Of a DNA stretch of 64,000 nucleotides, positions 57,731-64,000 are shown piece by piece. This DNA is from an uncultured bacterium (lineage in GTDB: Bacteria > Fermentibacterota > Fermentibacteria > Fermentibacterales > JCC-6). Every line of letters begins with the position of its first letter. Within the stretch, counting starts at the first letter, position 1. Below the pieces are notes generated by a model, which was given only the letters and a program-made list of their open reading frames with translations, ran no database searches and had not been told where the DNA came from. Location: NCBI GenBank assembly GCA_965371785.1, contig CBDUZS010000003.1:8386-72385 (forward strand). The letters are read 5' to 3'. Made by a program: the position numbers and the translations under genes.

Positions 57731-58968
57731 CCGATCTTCGGTACGGACATGGAACCGCTCATCAGTACGACCACGTGAGCCTGTGGACCCATGACGGACA
57801 GCGCTTCGTCGACCGCTGCCTGCAGATCGCTCCAGGGCCTGATGAAGCATGAATTCAGTACGTCATCATCCAGGTCGGTGTAACCCCACATCTCACCCCG
57901 GATAGCGATCTCCGCCATCTTTCCCGCCTTGTGCCAGCCCAGTTCGTACCCGTCGTCGAGCAGCCTGAGAGTCTCCCCGGGCGTATCGCATGACGCGAGA
58001 AGCTTCACGAAGGCTTCCTCTCCGATGCCGTCTCGGCACTTCGAAACCATGAGCAGTATTCCACCATCGACCAGAGCCAGCTTCCCGTTGTCCAGGGCTT
58101 TCTGGGACTGGTAGAGGTCGATGTCCATCGGGTAGGGGGCGATGCTGATGACCAGTTCAGCCTTTCTGGAAACCGGAACGCAGTAGACATCGTTGGCTTT
58201 TTCGATGGCCGCATAGAAGCTTCCATGAATGTGTCCTGCCGTTGCCGCGTAGATGCGGTGATCTCCATCCAGCACCGTCATTATGGAGAAGATAGGCTTC
58301 TTCGAGATCGTTTTGAGGGCATCGATCATGTCGTCATGAACAGGATTTCCATCCAGGGCAAGGGCAGAAGATTCCGGTCTGAGAGCGTATTTGTGATTCT
58401 GCTCGATGGTCCTGAAGGATGCGATTCCCGGCAGGAAGGCTTTTCGTCCACCCGTGTAACCAGCGAAGTAGTGGGGTTCGACGGAACCGATTATGACGAA
58501 CTCGTCTGCTTCGACACCGGCCCTGTTGACGTACATCTCGGTACCGTTCTTCGATGTGCCGATGTGGATCATGTCACGGTCTTTCCGGGCATCATGCATG
58601 ATCACGTTGTCCTGGACTTCTTCGTACAGGTCACCGAAGATTTCCTTTAGCTCCTCCTCGGTGGATGCTCGGTGTACTCCCGTTGCAACGATGAATTTGT
58701 GGGGAATCTTCTTGAGATCGTTCCAAATGAGCGAGAGAACTCTTGCGGTTGGCGTAGGACGTGTGGCGTCGTTGACTATGACGAGAGTGTTGCCGCACGC
58801 GCTCACGAACTCGGAGAAACTGGGGGAATCGACGGGGTTCTCGAGTGCGGAACGAAGGACCTCTTCCTCATCGCCGGAGGGAACGGAGTTCGGGTACACA
58901 ACTTCGGCGCTGTCGGGTAATTCCAGCGGGATACTGCCGTCTCTTCCGTAGGGAACGTCTATTCTCAT
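57727..58968 (-). CDS. larA: LarA-family nickel-pincer 2-hydroxyacid racemase/epimerase (lactate racemase-like)
   Basis: 413 aa. DUF2088/LarA N-terminal region (NDATRPTP) and the catalytic block EPHYFAGYTGGRKAFLPG. Its start is fused (ATGA-type overlap) to the upstream aconitase gene. Confidence 0.75.
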   Translation of the reverse strand: MRIDVPYGRDGSIPLELPDSAEVVYPNSVPSGDEEEVLRSALENPVDSPSFSEFVSACGNTLVIVNDATRPTPTARVLSLIWNDLKKIPHKFIVATGVHRASTEEELKEIFGDLYEEVQDNVIMHDARKDRDMIHIGTSKNGTEMYVNRAGVEADEFVIIGSVEPHYFAGYTGGRKAFLPGIASFRTIEQNHKYALRPESSALALDGNPVHDDMIDALKTISKKPIFSIMTVLDGDHRIYAATAGHIHGSFYAAIEKANDVYCVPVSRKAELVISIAPYPMDIDLYQSQKALDNGKLALVDGGILLMVSKCRDGIGEEAFVKLLASCDTPGETLRLLDDGYELGWHKAGKMAEIAIRGEMWGYTDLDDDVLNSCFIRPWSDLQAAVDEALSVMGPQAHVVVLMSGSMSVPKIG

Positions 58969-60908
58969 TATCGGTCTCCATCTCCGCAGCGAATCCAGTT
59001 GAGCAGCCCACCTGCCAGGATAATTTCGATATCCCGCCCCGAGAGAGTGTGGCCGACTTCGAACCTGTGACCGGTCGTGTGATCGATTACACTCAATTTC
59101 TTATCCACCGACAGGTACTGCCGAGGATTCACGATCTCAAGCTCGTGTCCTGTCTTCAGAGCCCGGTAATCCTCCTCGGTCTCGAGCAGCAGAGGGAGAA
59201 TACCGGAATTGACGAGATTGGCAGTGTGAATCCGTTCGAACGAGCGTGCGAAAATTGCTTTGACACCCAGATGCATGGGGCAGATTGCCGCATGTTCACG
59301 GCTGGAGCCCTGTCCATAGCTCTCGCCGCCGACGATGAAATTGAACGAGCCGCCCGAGAGGTTCTCACGGCATCTTGCCGGAAAAGCCGGGTCGATTCCC
59401 TCGAACACGAAATCGGAGTACCTGTCTATGTTGGATCGGTAGATCAGACGTTTCCCGGCGGGCATGATGTGGTCGGTTGTTATCTTGTCACCCACGACCA
59501 GCTGTACCTTTCCCGTCAGCTTCTCGGGAAGGCTTTCGTTTACGGGGGGTGGGCCGATGTTAGGGCCTCTGATCGGTTCGAATGCTGGATCGTGCTCCAT
59601 TATCGTCATGCTGTCGTCAACCGGGAAGGAATCGGGTACGGTGATGGATGGGCAGGCTATCCCCAGTTCCCGCGGATCCGTGATTTCCCCGGTTATAGCA
59701 GCTGCCGCCGCAACCTCCGGGCTCACCAGGAAAACCTGTGCGCTTGCCGTTCCCGATCTGCCTTCGAAATTCCTGTTGGCCGTTCTGAGGGATATTGCAT
59801 CGGTGGCAGGAGCCATGCCGTTGCCGATACAGAACCCGCACGTGCTCTCTGCTATTCTTGCTCCGCTGTCGATGAGGGACTCGAGATGACCGGACCGTGC
59901 GATCATTGTCAGGACCTGCCTCGAGCCGGGTCCTATCGTGAGCCCTGTGTTTTTGTTCACCCTTTGTCCTGCGAGAATCTCCGCAGCCATTGCGAGATCC
60001 CTGAAGGAAGAGTTCGTACAGGAGCCGATGCAAACCTGATCCACCCGCGTACCGATCAATTCAGTGAGTGGAACAACGTTTCCAGGGGAGTGGGGGCAGG
60101 CTGCCATGGGCTCGATGCCGCACAGATCGAGTTCGATCTCCCTGTGATAAACGGCATCCGGATCGGCGTGCAGGGAGCGCCATCCATCCTCCCGGCCCTG
60201 GGCCCTGAGGAATGAGCGGGTGATTTCATCGGATGGGAAAAGCGATGTGGTCGCACCCGTTTCCGCTCCCATGTTCGTGATAGTCGCCCGGTCCTGCGCG
60301 AGCAGGTGAACAAGACCGTCACCGTAATACTCGTTGATTGTCCCGACGTTGCCTTTTGTCGTGAGGATGGACAGGATCTTCAGGATCAGATCCTTTGCCG
60401 AGACGAAATCCTGCAGCTTCCCGGTCAGTCTGATACCCGTAACCTTCGGGTAGGTCAGCCAGAATGGCTCTCCCGCCATCGCAACTGCCACGTCGAGACC
60501 CCCCGCGCCCATGGCCAGCATTCCCAGCCCACCTGCCGTCGGAGTGTGGCTGTCGGAACCGAGAAGTGTTTTTCCGGGAAGCGCGAATCTCTCGAAGTGG
60601 ACCTGGTGGCAGATGCCGTTGCCCGGGCGTGAGAAGCGGACTCCGTAGCGTTTCGCGACCGACTGGAGATACCTGTGGTCGTCGGCATTCTCGAACCCGC
60701 TCTGAACCATGTTGTGATCTACGTAGGAAAGAGAAAGCTCCGTCCGGATGCTATCCACACCGAGGGCTTCGAGCTGGAGAAAAGCCATCGTGCCGGTGGC
60801 GTCCTGTGTCAGGGTCTGATCTATCCTGATGGCTACTCTTTCACCCGGAACTGGTCTGCCCTCTACGAGATGCTCGTGTATGATCTTTTCTGCAGCCGTG
60901 AGGCTCAT
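58968..60908 (-). CDS. acn: aconitate hydratase (aconitase family, single-chain ~646 aa form)
   Basis: Aconitase catalytic domains (GSDSHT, Fe-S-ligating Cys, SREH/SR motif region) and a fused swivel domain. Confidence 0.8.
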   Translation of the reverse strand: MSLTAAEKIIHEHLVEGRPVPGERVAIRIDQTLTQDATGTMAFLQLEALGVDSIRTELSLSYVDHNMVQSGFENADDHRYLQSVAKRYGVRFSRPGNGICHQVHFERFALPGKTLLGSDSHTPTAGGLGMLAMGAGGLDVAVAMAGEPFWLTYPKVTGIRLTGKLQDFVSAKDLILKILSILTTKGNVGTINEYYGDGLVHLLAQDRATITNMGAETGATTSLFPSDEITRSFLRAQGREDGWRSLHADPDAVYHREIELDLCGIEPMAACPHSPGNVVPLTELIGTRVDQVCIGSCTNSSFRDLAMAAEILAGQRVNKNTGLTIGPGSRQVLTMIARSGHLESLIDSGARIAESTCGFCIGNGMAPATDAISLRTANRNFEGRSGTASAQVFLVSPEVAAAAAITGEITDPRELGIACPSITVPDSFPVDDSMTIMEHDPAFEPIRGPNIGPPPVNESLPEKLTGKVQLVVGDKITTDHIMPAGKRLIYRSNIDRYSDFVFEGIDPAFPARCRENLSGGSFNFIVGGESYGQGSSREHAAICPMHLGVKAIFARSFERIHTANLVNSGILPLLLETEEDYRALKTGHELEIVNPRQYLSVDKKLSVIDHTTGHRFEVGHTLSGRDIEIILAGGLLNWIRCGDGDR

Positions 60909-60986
60909 CTCGACCTCCCTGTATACTCAACTGCCGTCGGAACCCGATGTCTTCCGGGTTCCGACGGCAGCCTTCACTCCGTTCGG

Positions 60987-62258
60987 CTAGATCTGATCCT
61001 TGAGCCAGCCGGTCTCGACCGATTTGGGTCTGGTTATTGCTTCCATCATCCCCCTGGATATGACTGACTGCGCGCACAAGCCCATTGCGCGGGAGACTGC
61101 GAACAGGACGGTGTAGTAACCGAACTCGGTCATACCGTAGTGGTAGAGCAGGGCTCCCGAGGCGGCATCGACGTTGGGCCAGGGGTTCTTTGCCTTACCG
61201 TGTTCCTTGAGTATGTCGGGAACGACGGCGAAAAGACGGTTCACGAGCTTCAGTACCGGATCTTTGGGGAAATGCTTCATCTCGAATGCCCTGAAGGCTT
61301 CGAAACGAGGATCCGTAACCCTGAGGACGGCATGGCCGTAGCCGGGGATGACACGCCCCGAATGAAGCGTCTCCCAGACCTCTTCCTTCAGTTGCTCGTC
61401 ATCGGGTACCCCGGCGAATCTGTCCAGAATCCAGAGAACGAACTTGAGGCATTCCTGGTTTGCCAGACCGTGCAATGGACCGGCAAGCCCGTTCAACCCG
61501 GCCGAGACGGCGTAGTAGAGATCCGACAGCGCCGAGTTGACCACATGGCAGCTGAAGGCGCTGACGTTTCCACCCTCGTGATCGCAGTGGAGGGTGAGGT
61601 AGAGACGGATCATATCGGCGAAAACAGGGTCGTCTTCCCCCATGCCCAGCATCCTTGCGAAGTTGGCTCCCCAGTCGAGGTTGGGATCCCTCTCTATCCG
61701 TGGCCCCTTCTTGTACCTCAGCCTGTAGATTCCTGCGGCAATTCCCGGGAGTTTCGCGAGAAGGTCGAGTGCATCCTCGAGAGTCGAGACCCAGTAGTTG
61801 GGTTTCTTGACGCCGGAGTCATAGGCTTTCTTGAATTTGGATTCCCGCTGCATCGAGAGAATGGCCAGGTTGAACATGGTCATTGGATGCGAATCCTCTG
61901 GCATCTCCTCGAGGATATCCCATACGTACGATGGAACATCACCTCTCTCGGAGAACTCTCCCTGGAGCTTTTTCATGGCTGCGCTGTCCGGGAGCTCTCC
62001 CGTCAGGAGCAGGAAGAATATTTCTTCGGGAAGTTTATCCGTCAGGTCGCTGATGGGTATTCCTCTGACGATGAGACCTTTGTCCGGCTCGACCAGAGAA
62101 GTGTTGCAGAGCAGGCTCTTCACCCCTCGCATACCTCCGTAGACCTGTGCTATCGTCACTTCGGAGACTACGGTGTCACTGTTCTCCTTGACCATTTCCC
62201 GCAGCTCTGTCGCCCAGACAGGTATTTTTCTTCCGAGAATGTCCCTCAGGTTAGGCAA
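60987..62258 (-). CDS. gltA: citrate synthase
   Basis: Catalytic His/Asp blocks (LHCDHEGGNVS, GPLHGLANQE, GYGHAVLRVTDPR). 423 aa. Confidence 0.85.
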   Translation of the reverse strand: MPNLRDILGRKIPVWATELREMVKENSDTVVSEVTIAQVYGGMRGVKSLLCNTSLVEPDKGLIVRGIPISDLTDKLPEEIFFLLLTGELPDSAAMKKLQGEFSERGDVPSYVWDILEEMPEDSHPMTMFNLAILSMQRESKFKKAYDSGVKKPNYWVSTLEDALDLLAKLPGIAAGIYRLRYKKGPRIERDPNLDWGANFARMLGMGEDDPVFADMIRLYLTLHCDHEGGNVSAFSCHVVNSALSDLYYAVSAGLNGLAGPLHGLANQECLKFVLWILDRFAGVPDDEQLKEEVWETLHSGRVIPGYGHAVLRVTDPRFEAFRAFEMKHFPKDPVLKLVNRLFAVVPDILKEHGKAKNPWPNVDAASGALLYHYGMTEFGYYTVLFAVSRAMGLCAQSVISRGMMEAITRPKSVETGWLKDQI

Positions 62259-62459
62259 TTCGAACCTCCTAGTTACTTATTTTTCCATCCGGAAAGGTTG
62301 TTTCTCGATCTGTTATGTCTCTGATAATATGAGCGGGGAACGGGTGGTGCAAGCCTTGAAAACCACTGTCCCGGCATGAACAGAAAAGCAATCTTGTAAC
62401 CTCTGAGCCGTTCGGTCTATATTGCTTCATCACATCCGTAGAGCTTTTCCCCAGGGAGG

Positions 62460-63809
62460 ATGAAAGTGCCCGATTTCAAGGAAGTCATAATACCCGAAGG
62501 AGACCTGATAGAGGTCAGAGATGGCCGGCTGCTCATAGGTGATCACCCCATTATCGGAGTCCTTCGCGGCGACGGTATAGGGCTCGATATCACACCCCCG
62601 ATGCAGCAGGTAGTGGAATCGGCTGTGCGGAAGGCATACGGAGACTCCCGCGGAATTGTCTGGTGCCCGCTGTACGCCGGTCTCGAAGGTCTGCATCGTT
62701 ACGGAAGCGAGTTTCCCGAGGAGACTGTCGAAGCCATACGGTACCTCAAAATCGCCATCAAGGGTCCCTTCACAACACCAATAGGCGAGGAGACCCACGT
62801 CTGTCTTCACTGTGCTCACCAGCAGTACCACCCGGGCAGCTGCGACAAATGCGGCAAGGAAGATGGTGTCTGCGAGCGATTCCGCTCCATCAACGTCAGG
62901 TTCAGGCAGTATCTCGATCTGTTTGCATGCGTTAGACCTGTCAGGTATTTCGAGGGTGTTCCCTCACCCAACAAGTACGCCGACAGAGTCAACTTCGTAA
63001 TCTTCCGCGAGAACACCGAGGATGTCTACGCCGGTTTCGACTTCGAGCGGGGCGGCGATATCGCCATGGCGATAATCGCTCTTATAAAGGAGAAGACGGG
63101 GCGGCAGATCCGTGAGGATTCGGGCATCGGCATAAAACCGATCTCCCATTTCGGCACCACACGGCTCGTTCGCAAGGCCCTTCAGTGGGCTGTGAGTCAC
63201 AAGCTCCCATCCATCACAATCGTTCACAAGGGCAACATCATGAAGTTCACCGAAGGATCATTCTGCAAGTGGGGGTACGAACTTGCCGCAAGCGAGTTCG
63301 CAGATGAAACGATCTCCGAGAAAGTACTCTGGGATGATTTCGACGGTAGAATGCCCGAGGGCAAGATCCTGGTGAAGGATCGCATCGCCGATTCGATCTT
63401 CCAGCAGATACAGACACGTCCCGAAGAGTACAGCGTGCTCGCCCTGCCCAATCTGAACGGCGATTACATCTCCGATGCGGCAATAGCACTGGTAGGCGGG
63501 CTGGGCCTGGGCCCGGGGGCGAACATGTCCGACGACATAGCCCTGTTCGAAGCCACGCATGGAACCGCTCCGAAGTACACGGGGATGGACAAGGTCAACC
63601 CGGGATCACTTATCCTTTCCGCCGTGATGATGCTCAACCACATGGGCTGGGACGAGGCCGCTGAACTGATCATCCATGGAATGGAGCGCTCCATCCTTGA
63701 CGGATTCGTCACCTACGACCTGGCGCGCATGATGAAGAGAGAGGGCAGGGAGGATGTCACGGAAGTCTCCTGCTCAGGTTTCGGTGAGGCAATAATTGCC
63801 CGGATGTAG
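62460..63809 (+). CDS. icd: NADP-dependent isocitrate dehydrogenase with Cys-rich insertion
   Basis: Prokaryotic homodimeric IDH blocks (NLNGDYISDA, GPGANMSD, ATHGTAPKY). GGGAGG RBS. A ~30-aa CxxC...CxxC...C insertion interrupts the phosphorylation loop; it aligns to E. coli GGGIRSLNV. Confidence 0.85.
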   Translation: MKVPDFKEVIIPEGDLIEVRDGRLLIGDHPIIGVLRGDGIGLDITPPMQQVVESAVRKAYGDSRGIVWCPLYAGLEGLHRYGSEFPEETVEAIRYLKIAIKGPFTTPIGEETHVCLHCAHQQYHPGSCDKCGKEDGVCERFRSINVRFRQYLDLFACVRPVRYFEGVPSPNKYADRVNFVIFRENTEDVYAGFDFERGGDIAMAIIALIKEKTGRQIREDSGIGIKPISHFGTTRLVRKALQWAVSHKLPSITIVHKGNIMKFTEGSFCKWGYELAASEFADETISEKVLWDDFDGRMPEGKILVKDRIADSIFQQIQTRPEEYSVLALPNLNGDYISDAAIALVGGLGLGPGANMSDDIALFEATHGTAPKYTGMDKVNPGSLILSAVMMLNHMGWDEAAELIIHGMERSILDGFVTYDLARMMKREGREDVTEVSCSGFGEAIIARM

Positions 63810-63814
63810 GTACG

Positions 63815-64000
63815 ATGATAAGAGCCCACAGTGATCTCACTGGACTGATCGGAGGGACACCCCTCCTCAGGCTGGAGAGACTTGTTCCGGATCGGGATAT
63901 CTACGCCAAGTGTGAATTCATGAATCCGCTGAGTATCAAGGACCGCCCCGTGCTCAGGATAATCTCCGACGCCGAGAAGGAGGGCCGCCTGAAACCAGGT
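63815..64000 (+). CDS. cysteine synthase / PLP-dependent Trp-synthase-beta-fold enzyme, 3'-truncated at window edge
   Basis: N-terminus IGGTPLLRLERL...KCEFMNPLSIKDR matches the O-acetylserine sulfhydrylase family. The gene runs off the window. Confidence 0.6.
   Translation, partial: MIRAHSDLTGLIGGTPLLRLERLVPDRDIYAKCEFMNPLSIKDRPVLRIISDAEKEGRLKPG

Noticed and set aside
58845-62324. Plus-strand ORFs 58845-60215 and 61140-62324.
   Set aside because: Antisense to the aconitase and citrate synthase genes.

Overview
GC-rich bacterial chromosomal segment (no rRNA, CRISPR or mobile-element genes seen). Lineage cannot be assigned from sequence alone; one large protein carries a T9SS-type C-terminal sorting domain, and the metabolism encoded looks anaerobic.

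Conserved housekeeping blocks make up most of the window: ileS-lspA, tRNA-Val, thrS-infC-rpmI-rplT, a coiled-coil gene plus zapA, rny-ymdB, ispA-dxs, nadK-recN, a pgsA-like gene, smc-ftsY and hisS.

Three things stand out:
- (1) Between arcC and tRNA-Val lies a 5.3 kb head-to-tail array of seven paralogous genes, all on the minus strand, encoding ~220-aa secreted proteins. Their mature N-terminus (WEGHxEGVHxPLP) and extreme C-terminus (ALDRxTWGxVKTLF) are conserved and the middle is highly diversified. I do not recognise the family.
- (2) An apparent lactate/H2 energy-conservation locus: malic enzyme, a three-domain fusion of a cNMP-binding domain with acetate kinase and a PduL-type phosphotransacylase, an FAD-linked GlcD/D-LDH-like oxidase, a poly-ferredoxin, MvhD/MvhG/MvhA [NiFe]-hydrogenase, a maturation protease, and a convergent LarA-family racemase fused to a citrate synthase-aconitase operon.
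- (3) Several gene-level oddities: in-frame stop codons inside otherwise intact thrS (TAG) and a GT2 glycosyltransferase (TAA); a Cys-rich ~30-aa insertion in the isocitrate dehydrogenase phosphorylation loop; a GADEF-variant diguanylate cyclase; a (GGGCAR)4 coding microsatellite in YmdB; and a G9 tract between divergent promoters.

Other accessory content: a chagasin-family protease inhibitor, an ECF sigma with a ZAS anti-sigma, a CBM9-like outer-membrane barrel, a radical-SAM/SPASM enzyme, a CotH-lamin-tail surface protein and an O-antigen-ligase-like protein.
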